NCBI GenBank assembly: GCA_014190275.1
Contig: BJGE01000002.1
Location: forward strand, 21,038 to 85,037
DNA from: Actinomycetes bacterium
GTDB taxonomy: Bacteria > Actinomycetota > Actinomycetes > S36-B12
Reading direction: 5' to 3'
DNA length: 64,000 nucleotides
Positions 9,694-18,800 of the stretch are shown here, one piece after another (the first letter of the stretch is position 1; every line of letters starts with the position of its first letter). The translations under genes were made by a program, and so were the position numbers. Below the pieces are notes generated by a model, which was given only the letters and a program-made list of their open reading frames with translations, did no database searches and was not told the DNA's origin.

Positions 9694-9722
9694 TTGACGT
9701 ATTTCGGGCCAGAGACTAGCCT
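9694..9722 (+). promoter_or_regulatory. candidate promoter TTGACG-17 nt-TAGCCT giving a leaderless phd-vapC transcript
   Basis: TTGACG lies at 9694-9699 and TAGCCT at 9717-9722, with the ATG at 9729, only 6 nt after the -10 box. It is flanked by the inverted GGCTAG (9678) and CTAGCC (9716). Confidence 0.35.
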
Positions 9723-9728
9723 GAATAT

Positions 9729-9995
9729 ATGAGCGTGGTCAGCCCCGGCGGGTCTATCGGCATCTACGACCTAAAGAACCAGTTATCCGCGGTCCTAGAG
9801 GAAGTCATGGAAGGCAAAGAGGTAACTGTCACTAAGCACGGACGTCCCATCGCTCGCATAGCGCCCATCAAGGCGGCTGATCGCGAGGATCGGGCGGCCG
9901 CTGTTGCTGCCATCCGCCAGTTGGGTGAGGCAGTTCGCCGACTGCCTGCGGAGGCGACGGGCCGTGAGTTGATCGACGACGGGCGTGCTAGGTGA
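9729..9995 (+). CDS. type II antitoxin, Phd/YefM family
   Basis: The 88-aa translation starts with YDLKNQLSAVLEEVMEGKEVTVTKHGRPIARI, which is typical of Phd/YefM. It overlaps the downstream PIN gene by 4 nt. Confidence 0.75.
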   Translation: MSVVSPGGSIGIYDLKNQLSAVLEEVMEGKEVTVTKHGRPIARIAPIKAADREDRAAAVAAIRQLGEAVRRLPAEATGRELIDDGRAR

Positions 9996-10414
9996 GCGAC
10001 CTGGGCGGAGCCGTCCTTGATGCGTCAGCTGCCATAGGTTGGGTGCTTCGAGACGGGGACCCTGAAGCCGAAGCGAATATCGACTCTCTCTTGACCAACG
10101 GGTTCGCTCTCGTTCCCGAGTTATGGCACGCGGAGATGGCCAATGCCTTCCGCACTGCTATGCGGGCCGGGCGAGTCGACGCTGCGTTCGTGGTCGGTGT
10201 TTGCGAACGACTCGACCAATTGGATATCCGAACCGATGTTGTGGGCAGCCAGGTTCAGCGGCTAGCACTCGAGGCGCAAAAACATGGGCTCACCTCGTAC
10301 GACACGTGCTACTTACTGCTAGCTATGGACCGGGGGCTTCCGTTAGCAACCCTTGACCGGAAGTTGGCTAAAGCGGCGGCGGCGGCCGACGTCGCCTTGC
10401 TCCTACCGATATGA
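9992..10414 (+). CDS. vapC: type II toxin, PIN-domain ribonuclease VapC
   Basis: The 140-aa translation has the PIN acidic residues in the expected order (VLDASA, PELWHAE, SYDTCYL, ATLDRKL). Confidence 0.8.
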   Translation: MSDLGGAVLDASAAIGWVLRDGDPEAEANIDSLLTNGFALVPELWHAEMANAFRTAMRAGRVDAAFVVGVCERLDQLDIRTDVVGSQVQRLALEAQKHGLTSYDTCYLLLAMDRGLPLATLDRKLAKAAAAADVALLLPI

Positions 10415-10431
10415 AGCACCCGCCCATTCGG

Positions 10432-10502
10432 AGCGGGTGACGGGAATCGAACCCGCATATCTAGCTTGGGAAGCTAGCGCTCTACCACTGAGCTACACCC
10501 GC
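10432..10502 (-). tRNA. tRNA-Gly (anticodon CCC)
   Basis: The reverse complement folds by hand into a 71-nt cloverleaf. Its parts are acceptor GCGGGTG/CACCCGC, D arm GCTC-AGTGGTA-GAGC, anticodon arm CTAGC-TTCCCAA-GCTAG, T arm GCGGG-TTCGATT-CCCGT and discriminator U. CCA is not encoded. Confidence 0.9.
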
Positions 10503-10546
10503 GAGAGCCCCAAGCGTACCTCCTCGGACGGTGCGAATCCAAGACA

Positions 10547-11287
10547 CTAAGAAGTGGCGGCGACGGAGCGGGAGATCAGCACCGTCAGCATCAAAATAGC
10601 CAGCAATACCTGTATTGCCATGATGAGTTTGGTGGGTCGTGACATGACCGCTTCGGAGGTGGGGCCGTAGGTGGAGTTCACGTTGAGTGAGATGAAGAGG
10701 TAATCGAAAAGATTTGGGGTGGGTGCTTCTTGCCCATCGCGTGCCGGCCAGACGAATGCGCCGCCCGGGGTGGATAGGTCAAGGAGTAGATAAACGAACA
10801 TGAACACCGTGACGCTCATGGCGTAGACCGCGGCGACATCCCAAAGGCTGCCAAGGCCCACGCCATCAGAGGTGTGGGCGGTGCTAAGCATTGAAATAAC
10901 ATTCGCAACAACTTGCACGACCGAAAATGATAAGTAGATAGCGGCTACAGGGAACAGCGCCCGTGGGTAAGGCTTGAGCAGGGACACTATCAAGGCAACA
11001 GAGGTGATCACGAACAAGATGGTGCTTGCTGTCTCCAATGTGCGAACCACGTCCGCGGTTTCTCCAGTTACCGCACCGCTCATCTCTAGGCGCCGCGACA
11101 GCAGGGTATCCATGATCCAAATTGTCAACGTGCCGGCGATCACCGTGTAGCGGCCGTGACCGTGGGTGAGTCTTTCGCGCAACCGGTCCGCGGGACCTAT
11201 CGCGGTCGTATCCTCAGCTGGATAGATGGCCGGATTGACGGCCGGATCACTTGCAGACATGGTGCGTAGCATAATTGGGCTGGCCAA
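10547..11287 (-). CDS. membrane protein with C-terminal pore-loop-like segment (ion-channel-like or DUF1345-like)
   Basis: It has several hydrophobic helices. The C-terminal LFDYLFISLNVNSTYGPTSEAV followed by a TM helix resembles a channel pore helix and filter, but lacks the TVGYG signature. Confidence 0.45.
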   Translation of the reverse strand: MASPIMLRTMSASDPAVNPAIYPAEDTTAIGPADRLRERLTHGHGRYTVIAGTLTIWIMDTLLSRRLEMSGAVTGETADVVRTLETASTILFVITSVALIVSLLKPYPRALFPVAAIYLSFSVVQVVANVISMLSTAHTSDGVGLGSLWDVAAVYAMSVTVFMFVYLLLDLSTPGGAFVWPARDGQEAPTPNLFDYLFISLNVNSTYGPTSEAVMSRPTKLIMAIQVLLAILMLTVLISRSVAATS

Positions 11288-11331
11288 CCTAGGGGCTGAT
11301 AAGGGTTTTTACCGAGTGAATTGGGGTTGTC

Positions 11332-12087
11332 ATGGGAGAGTCGCTATCGCCTGTTGAGGTGGCTCATGAGGCGCATCGCCACCAAAAGCACACCAATGCA
11401 CACGGCCAGCCGAAAGGGCACTGGCGCATTGTGCAGATTGCCGAGGCGGTTCTATTGGCTGCCGTGACAGTGATGGCGGCATGGTCAGGGTTCGCGGCCG
11501 CTGCCTACGGCACCGAATCCCGAGTGGCATTTGCTGACGCATCAACTGCAGATACCGACGCTGACGCAAAGGCGATTGAGTCAAACGAGGTGCAGAACTT
11601 CGATGAGTCGGCATTCTTTGCCTGGTTGCAGGCGAAATCATTGGGCGATCCTGCCGCTATGTCATTCGCGGAGCAACGGTTTCAACCTGGCCTAGAGATT
11701 GCCTTCAGGGCGTGGCTAGCCGCTAATCCCGATACGAATCTCGAGGCGCCAGCAACCCCATTTGACATGGCGGAGTACGCAAAACCATTGCTTGAGGAAA
11801 GCAATACCCTCAAGATCAAGGCGGAGGTAAGTCACCTCGAAGGGGTAGAGCTGGGCATCTTGTCGGATCAATATGTTCGCCTGACGGTGCTGCTAGCAGG
11901 CGTGCTCTTCCTGGTGGGGATTGGCAGCACGTTTACCATGGTGCCCTTGAGATACGGATTGATCGGCCTGGGTATAGTGCTGTTGATCTTTGCGACGGTC
12001 TACCTAGTGAATCTGCCGCAGCCTGATTTCAATCTAGGTGTTCCGACCGAATTGGCAAGCGAGTACTTTCCGAGCACGTTAGTTTAG
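11332..12087 (+). CDS. membrane protein, DUF4337-like
   Basis: It has a His/Lys-rich N-terminus, then a TM helix (IAEAVLLAAVTVMAAWSGF), a helical middle region and two C-terminal TM helices. The family assignment is from memory. Confidence 0.45.
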   Translation: MGESLSPVEVAHEAHRHQKHTNAHGQPKGHWRIVQIAEAVLLAAVTVMAAWSGFAAAAYGTESRVAFADASTADTDADAKAIESNEVQNFDESAFFAWLQAKSLGDPAAMSFAEQRFQPGLEIAFRAWLAANPDTNLEAPATPFDMAEYAKPLLEESNTLKIKAEVSHLEGVELGILSDQYVRLTVLLAGVLFLVGIGSTFTMVPLRYGLIGLGIVLLIFATVYLVNLPQPDFNLGVPTELASEYFPSTLV

Positions 12088-12091
12088 GGTC

Positions 12092-12484
12092 ATGGAACAA
12101 CGCAATGTGCTGGGCACCGAACTTGAACTGTGCAGCCTGGAGCCGCTAACTGGTTTTTATCGTGATGGTTACTGCAATACCGGCCCTGATGACCTCGGCT
12201 CACATACCGTCTGTGTGGTCGTGACCACGGAGTTTCTCGAACACCAACAGGCGATAGGCAATGACCTCAGCACTCCCGCGCCCCAGTACGGCTTCCCGGG
12301 CCTAGCAGCGGGGGATCGGTGGGCGGTATGCGCGGGGCGGTGGCTGCAGTCCTATTCGGCCGGGGTTGCATCGCCGGTGCTACTACGGGCGACCAATGAG
12401 CAGGCGCTATCCATCGTGCCACGGGCGGCCCTGGAAGCCTGCGCCGCTGATGCTCCAGATGACCTATCCGGTTTCAACGGCTAG
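12092..12484 (+). CDS. DUF2237 family protein
   Basis: The N-terminus NVLGTELELCSLEPLTGFYRDGYCNTGPDDLGSHTVC matches the conserved DUF2237 pattern. Confidence 0.7.
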   Translation: MEQRNVLGTELELCSLEPLTGFYRDGYCNTGPDDLGSHTVCVVVTTEFLEHQQAIGNDLSTPAPQYGFPGLAAGDRWAVCAGRWLQSYSAGVASPVLLRATNEQALSIVPRAALEACAADAPDDLSGFNG

Positions 12485-12526
12485 ATCAACTCACCGGGTA
12501 ATGCCTGCTGTTGGTACCCTTCGCGA

Positions 12527-13102
12527 GTGTTGCTTTCCGATCGGGATATCAAGTCTGAGATAGCCGCCGCGCGCGTGGCCATCGAGCCCTTTGACCCGGG
12601 GATGATTCAGCCATCCAGTATCGACGTGCGCCTTGATCGCCTCTTCCGGGTTTTTGAGAATCATCGCTACCCGCATATTGATCCCAGTATCGAGCAGCCC
12701 GAGCTAACCAGATTGATTGAGCCCGAAGGTGACGACCCGTTCATTCTGCATCCGGGCGAATTTGTCTTGGGCTCCACCTATGAGGTTGTGACATTGCCTG
12801 ACGACATTGCCGGGCGGCTCGAAGGTAAGTCATCGCTGGGCCGACTGGGTCTGCTGACCCATTCTACGGCCGGCTTTATTGACCCAGGGTTCTCCGGCCA
12901 TGTCACCCTTGAACTTTCCAATGTCGCCACCTTGCCGATCATGTTGTATCCCGGCATGAAGATCGGCCAGCTGTGCTTGTTCCGACTCTCTAGTCCGGCG
13001 GAGCATCCATATGGTTCGGAAAAGTACGGCTCGCGGTATCAAGGCCAACGCGGGCCGACAGCTAGTCGGTCATTTGCGAACTTCCACCGCACTGACGTTT
13101 AG
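12527..13102 (+). CDS. dcd: dCTP deaminase
   Basis: The translation runs from a GTG start as MLLSDRDI...SSIDVRLD...GFIDPGFSG...LE, which is canonical Dcd. Confidence 0.9.
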   Translation: MLLSDRDIKSEIAAARVAIEPFDPGMIQPSSIDVRLDRLFRVFENHRYPHIDPSIEQPELTRLIEPEGDDPFILHPGEFVLGSTYEVVTLPDDIAGRLEGKSSLGRLGLLTHSTAGFIDPGFSGHVTLELSNVATLPIMLYPGMKIGQLCLFRLSSPAEHPYGSEKYGSRYQGQRGPTASRSFANFHRTDV

Positions 13103-13173
13103 CGACTAGCCGTCCACAGCCTGCCCTTATGGGCTGGCGAACCGGTGCGGGTGCACCAATTGTGGTGGAGTGA

Positions 13174-13299
13174 CGTGGACGATCTGAGCTACGAATTCGT
13201 GGGCGACTTTCGGGCGTTGGGCAGGAAGCTCTCTTGCGGGTCTTCGTGCATTTTCATGGGAGTCGGCTCCGAAGCTTTCTAGCTGAAGTTGAGGACGGC
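13174..13299 (+). pseudogene. remnant of a HigB/Gp49-type toxin gene, in frame with the downstream antitoxin
   Basis: My own translation of this frame gives RGRSELRIRGRLSGVGQEALLRVFVHFHGSRLRSFLAEVEDG. This resembles the ELRI...YRVFYxFxGxR core of Gp49/HigB toxins. The N-terminal part is missing because a stop lies at 13171. Confidence 0.35.
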
Positions 13300-13593
13300 A
13301 TGTCACCTGCTGAGCTACTTGATCACCGCGCGCGCGCGAAAGCTCTGGGCCTGTGTGCCGAATTGGCCCATGCGCGAAGGGCACGCCACCTGACTCAGGC
13401 GGCCCTGACTCGAATTTCCGGGGTCACCCAGTGCGAAATAAGTCGAATTGAAAGCGGATTAACCTCACCCACCACCGCGACACTAACCCGGCTATTAGTT
13501 GCATTGGATGTCGACTTGCGCTTAGTGCCGCATGAGGATCTCGTCGAGACGTCAGACAAAGCGGATTTCGCAGCCCGGGTTAAGGCTGGATAG
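13300..13593 (+). CDS. XRE-family helix-turn-helix protein (HigA-like antitoxin or regulator)
   Basis: It contains the HTH_3 signature LTQAALTRISGVTQCEISRIESG. The ATG at 13300 was chosen, but the ORF stays open upstream through the toxin remnant. Confidence 0.7.
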   Translation: MSPAELLDHRARAKALGLCAELAHARRARHLTQAALTRISGVTQCEISRIESGLTSPTTATLTRLLVALDVDLRLVPHEDLVETSDKADFAARVKAG

Positions 13594-13599
13594 CTGCTG

Positions 13600-15840
13600 C
13601 TAGCCCTTACTTGCTGAAAGCAGGAGTGAGGCAACATCGACAACCTCAACCCCGGCAGCGCCACCTTCTTGCTGGCGGGTGGTAACCGCATCGTTGAGCA
13701 TCACCGAGCAGAACGGGCAGGCGACGGCGATCTTCGCGGCGCCGGTCGCGATGGCCTCATCACCGCGATTCATGTTTACCTTGGTGCCAATCTTTTCTTC
13801 CATCCACATGCGGGCACCACCGGCGCCACAGCAGAACGACTTATCGCCATGGCGTTCCATCTCGACTCTGTCGACACCGGTGGCATCAATTAGGTCGCGC
13901 GGTGGCACATATACCTTGTTATGACGACCCAGATAGCACGGATCGTGGTAGGTGACTTTCTCTTCGATCTTGCTGACGGGTGTCAAGCGGCCGGCCTTGA
14001 CTAGGTCATTGAGCAACTGGGTGTGATGCACTACCTCGTAGTCGCCACCAAGTTGCGGATACTCACGTTTGAGCGTGTTCAGGCAGTGGGGGCAGGTGAC
14101 CACGATCTTCTTCGCCTTGATCTCGTTCAAAACTTCAACATTTTGCATACCCTGCATTTGGAACAAGAATTCATTACCTGCACGGCGTGCTGGATCACCG
14201 GTGCAGGTCTCGCCTTCACCGAGCACCATGAAATTCACACCAGCAATATGCATTAGTTCAGCAACCGCCTTGGTGGTGCGCTTGGCCCGATCTTCGAAGG
14301 CACCCGCGCAGCCAACCCAAAATAGGTAGTCGACGTCCTCGGGGATGACGTCCTCACCGTTGCTCCCGAAGACATTAACCTCGAAGTCAACCTCGGTGAT
14401 CCAGCCGTTTCGATCAGCGGCATTCATGCCCCACGGGTTACCCTTGGCCTCAATGTTCTTGAACATGCCATTGAGCTCGCTGGGGAATTCGCTTGCGATC
14501 ATGACCTGATTGCGACGCATGTCGGCGATATGGTCAATATGTTCGATATCGACCGGGCACTGATTCACGCAGGCGCCACACATCGTGCAACTCCACAGCG
14601 CAGCTTCGTCAATTATTGGCAGGTCAAGGCCGGTGGTGCGGTGGCCGTCGAAGGTGTAGCCGTCATCACCGGAGTGCTCGCTGCCTTCGCGCGAGCCAAT
14701 AAACGGCCGTTGCACTTCACCTTGGACAACAGGTGACACATAAGCGAGGGCTTCGGGAAGCAAGTCACCGGGCTCGGCCACCTTGTCTTGGTACTTACTA
14801 AATAGGCGGCCGGCCTCGAGATACGGGGCGGATGCGAAGAGGTTCTCGCGCAGATCCATGATGAGGAGTTTGGGGCTGAGCGGCTTACCGGTGTTCCAGG
14901 CCGGACACTGCGACTGGCAGCGGCCACATTCGGTGCAAGCCATGAAGTCGATGTAGTTCTTCCAGGTGAAGTCAGCGATATGGCCTTTGCCAAATAGTGC
15001 ATCATCGGGTGGATCCTCGAAGTTGACCGGGGCGCCCTGGTAGTAGATGGGTAGCAGCGGGCCGAGGGCATCGGGGCGACGCGAGGTGTAGACATTTACC
15101 GGCGCGGTAGCGATGTGAAGGTGCTTTGAGTGTAGAACGATCAATAAGAAGACGAGCACGACGCCGATCTGTAGCCAGATGCCGACTGTCTCGACGATTA
15201 CTAAGGTTTCCTCGCTAAGCCCCGACATCGAAGATCCAACCCAGTCGGAGAAGAAGGCGCCGCTTTCAAATGGGAGATTGCCGAGTGCCGATTGCGCACC
15301 TCGGTAGAGGAAAAGCGTCCAGACCACATTGAAGATCATGAACAAAATCAGCCAAGCGCCCTTGGTATGGCTGCCGAAGAACCGCGAGGCGCGACCTTCC
15401 TTGGCTGGGTTATTGGTCAGGCGAATAATCGCAAATAGACCGATGCCGACGAGAACTAAAACCCCGAATAGATCTTCTAGGAAACCAATGATCGCCCAAC
15501 GTCCGACAACGGGAATTCCAAAATCCGCGATGAAGAGGGCGCCGTAGGCTTCCAAAATAGTCAGGCCAAGGACTAAGAACCCCCAGAACGCAAAGACGTG
15601 CGCGATACCGGGTACCGCCCACTTAAGTAATTTGCGCTGGCCGAGCACCTCGGTGGCCTCGGCCTCCACCCGGCGCGGCGCGTTCTTGGTGCGGCCAACG
15701 GCGGGTCTGCCGGTGCCAACAAGTTTGAAGAGGAACAACCCCCGCTTCGCAGCGAGCCCGAGGAGAATGACCGTGAGGAGCACACCGATCACAGCGCGAA
15801 GAAGCAAAGCACCTCCATGCAAGGAACAACCCGTCAGCAA
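13600..15840 (-). CDS. membrane-anchored (Fe-S)-binding reductase with two 4Fe-4S motifs and two CCG domains (HdrD/GlpC-like, Rv0338c-like)
   Basis: The N-terminal ~250 aa are hydrophobic. Two ferredoxin motifs follow (CTECGRCQSQCP and CTMCGACVNQCP), then cysteine-rich CCG-type blocks (VGCAGAF, CPHCLNT, DPCYLGRHN, FCCGAGG, CPFCSVM). The TTG start is uncertain. Confidence 0.8.
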   Translation of the reverse strand: MLTGCSLHGGALLLRAVIGVLLTVILLGLAAKRGLFLFKLVGTGRPAVGRTKNAPRRVEAEATEVLGQRKLLKWAVPGIAHVFAFWGFLVLGLTILEAYGALFIADFGIPVVGRWAIIGFLEDLFGVLVLVGIGLFAIIRLTNNPAKEGRASRFFGSHTKGAWLILFMIFNVVWTLFLYRGAQSALGNLPFESGAFFSDWVGSSMSGLSEETLVIVETVGIWLQIGVVLVFLLIVLHSKHLHIATAPVNVYTSRRPDALGPLLPIYYQGAPVNFEDPPDDALFGKGHIADFTWKNYIDFMACTECGRCQSQCPAWNTGKPLSPKLLIMDLRENLFASAPYLEAGRLFSKYQDKVAEPGDLLPEALAYVSPVVQGEVQRPFIGSREGSEHSGDDGYTFDGHRTTGLDLPIIDEAALWSCTMCGACVNQCPVDIEHIDHIADMRRNQVMIASEFPSELNGMFKNIEAKGNPWGMNAADRNGWITEVDFEVNVFGSNGEDVIPEDVDYLFWVGCAGAFEDRAKRTTKAVAELMHIAGVNFMVLGEGETCTGDPARRAGNEFLFQMQGMQNVEVLNEIKAKKIVVTCPHCLNTLKREYPQLGGDYEVVHHTQLLNDLVKAGRLTPVSKIEEKVTYHDPCYLGRHNKVYVPPRDLIDATGVDRVEMERHGDKSFCCGAGGARMWMEEKIGTKVNMNRGDEAIATGAAKIAVACPFCSVMLNDAVTTRQQEGGAAGVEVVDVASLLLSASKG

Positions 15841-15867
15841 CCTGTGACAGTACCAAGCGTAGTGGAG

Positions 15868-18800
15868 TTAGTTCGCCATCGCAGTAGGCAGTTGCCCAAG
15901 TGCGACCAATGCCACATCCTGGAAGTCCTCGGGATGGTCCTTCGCGTAGGAGGTCAGATCCTGAATCATTTGCGGGGCCCAGAACATCTTGAGGTGCGTG
16001 GCTACGGCCTCGATCGCCGCCAATTGGTGGAGGTGAGTGTTGTTCGAGGTGATTTCATTTACCATCCGGACCAAGGTGGCGATGGCATCCTCATGGACTT
16101 CAACGCGCAGTTCCTCCAGACCGAGGTCTTCGGCTGATGCCAACCCACCGGCCTGGAGGGTGGGTCGTACCTCGACCGCGGTGACCTTGTATTCAGGGCA
16201 GTTGGTCGCCCAGTCCGAGTACTCGGTGGTCACGACATTGGCGCCACTTACGGGAAAGTGGAATGTCGTGTAAACCACGCCGGGGGGCACGCGCTCGGAG
16301 ATGCGCGCGTGCATCTTGGTCTTGCCAACGCGGCTGGCTAGCTCAACCCAAGAGCCATCTGTGATTCCACGCAGTTGTGCATCTGACTCATGAATATCGA
16401 GAAAATCCTCAGATTGCCAGATGACATTTGCGGTGCGCCTTGTTTGCGCTCCCACGTTGTACTGGCTGACGGCGCGACCGGTGGTGAGGAGCAGCGGGTA
16501 GCGCCGGGTAGAACGCTCAGGAGTCGGTACGTAGGGGGTTTCGACAAAGCGGCCTTCGCCACGGGTGAACTCACCAACGTGCATTGTCGGCGTGCCTTCG
16601 GGGTGCTCGGTGTTGCATGGCCATTGGATACTGCCCAGTTCATCGAGCTTCGCGAAGGAGACACCGGCGAAGGTGGGGGTAACCTGTGCGATTTCGTCCA
16701 TGATTTGCGAGGCATCGTCGTAATGCATTGGGTAGCCGAGGGCTTTTGCCAGATCGCAGGTCACCTCCCATTCGGCTTTACCTGTTCGACTGGCCATGAT
16801 TGGGCGCACCCGATTGATGCGGCGCTCGGCGTTAGTGAAAGTGCCGTCCTTCTCTAAGAATGAAGTTCCGGGTAAGAAGACATGTGCGTAGGCCGAAGTT
16901 TCGTTTAGAAACAGATCCTGCACGATAACTAAGTCCATTGAGGCTAGAGCATTTGTCACATGCGAGGTATTTGGATCAGACTGCGCAATGTCTTCCCCTT
17001 GAATGTAGATACCGCGGAAACTTCCGACCACGGCCGCATCGAGCATATTAGGTATGCGCAGCCCCGGAACCGATTGCAACTCGCGGCCCCAAAGTGCCTC
17101 GAATTGCTGCCGCACCGCATCATCTGATACATGCCGGTAGCCGGAGTACTCATGGGGGAACGAGCCCATGTCGCAGGAGCCCTGCACATTGTTCTGCCCA
17201 CGCAGTGGGTTAACTCCGACACCCTCACGACCGATACTTCCGGTGAGCATGGCCAAGTTGGCCATGCCGATGACCATGGTTGAGCCCTGGCTGTGCTCGG
17301 TGACTCCGAGGCCGTAATAAATCGCGGAGTTTGGTCCGGCGGCGTACAGACGAGCCGCACCGCGGAGAGTATCCGCCGGCACCCCGGATTCGGTGGCGAC
17401 TGCCTCCGGGCTGTTGCTAGGAAGTTTAATGAAGTCCTCCCATGCCTGGAAAGCTTCGTCATCACAGCGCGCCGCTATGAAGGCTTTGTCATGGAGTCCT
17501 TCGGTCAAGATGACGTGGGCCAGCGCATTTATTACCGCAACGTTGGTGCCCGGCTGCAACTGCAGGTGGTAGTCGGCCTTGATATGCGGTGAACGCACCA
17601 AGTCGGTAGTCCGTGGATCAACCACTATCAATTTGGCCCCGGCTCGAAGTCGTCGCTTCATTCGCGACCCAAAGACCGGATGGGCATCGATTGGGTTGGC
17701 TCCGATCACCAAGATTACGTCAGATTTTTCAACGGACTTGAAATCTTGGGTGCCGGCCGACGTGCCGAAGGTCTTTTTGAGTCCGTAGCCGGTTGGTGAA
17801 TGGCAGACCCGGGCGCAGGTATCAACATTGTTATTGCCGAATCCAGCCCGCACGAGCTTTTGAACAACATAAACATCTTCGTTGGTGCACCTAGATGAGG
17901 TGATGCCACCGATGCTGTCGATACCGTACTGCGCCTGGATTTCTTTGAGTTTATTCGCTGCGTACCCGATCGCCTCTTCCCACGGAACTTCGCGCCACGG
18001 ATCGGTAATGGCTTCCCTTATCATCGGTTTTAGAACCCGATCTGGGTGCGTGGTGTAGCCGAAAGCGAAGCGCCCCTTGACGCAGGAGTGACCTTCATTG
18101 GCGCCACCATCTTTATAGGGCACCATGCGCACAAGTTCGTCACCGCGCATTTCAGCTTTAAATGTGCACCCCACCCCGCAATAGGCGCAAGTCGTCAGCA
18201 CGGTACGGGTCGGGGTGCCGAGTTCGATGACCGCCTTTTCCTGCAGGGTTGACGTCGGGCAGGCCTGCACGCAGGCGCCGCAGGAAACACACTCACTCTC
18301 CAGGAAATTCAGGCCACCAGGGCTCACTTTGGAATTGAATCCGCGCCCCTCAATAGTTAACGCGAAAGTGCCTTGGACTTCACTGCACGCCCGCACGCAG
18401 CGGCTGCAGACAATGCACTTGCTCTCGTCGAAGGAGAAATACGGATTACTGTCGTCGGTTGGTGCATCAAGGTGGTTCTCACCGGCGTAGCCGTAGCGCA
18501 CATCCCGCAACCCCACCACACCCGCCATGTCCTGGAGCTCGCAGTCACCGTTAGCCGGGCAGGTCAGGCAATCAAGTGGATGGTCGGAGATGTAGAGCTC
18601 CATCACCCCGCGTCTGAGTCGATCGAGTTTGGGGGAGGTGGTGTGCACCACCATGCCGGACTCACATGGGGTGGTGCAGGAGGCCGGAGTCCCCTTCTTG
18701 CCATCGATTTCAACCAAGCACAATCGGCACGATCCAAATGGCTCGAGTGAGTCGGTTGCGCAAAGTTTCGGTATCGGTATGCCGGCTTCACTTGCGGCAC

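Noticed and set aside
17803-17805. I checked for a possible selenocysteine (in-frame TGA) at the FdsA active site.
   Set aside because: The active-site codon is TGC (Cys) in the block CARVCHSPTG. The ORF has no internal TGA, and no SECIS-like requirement arises.
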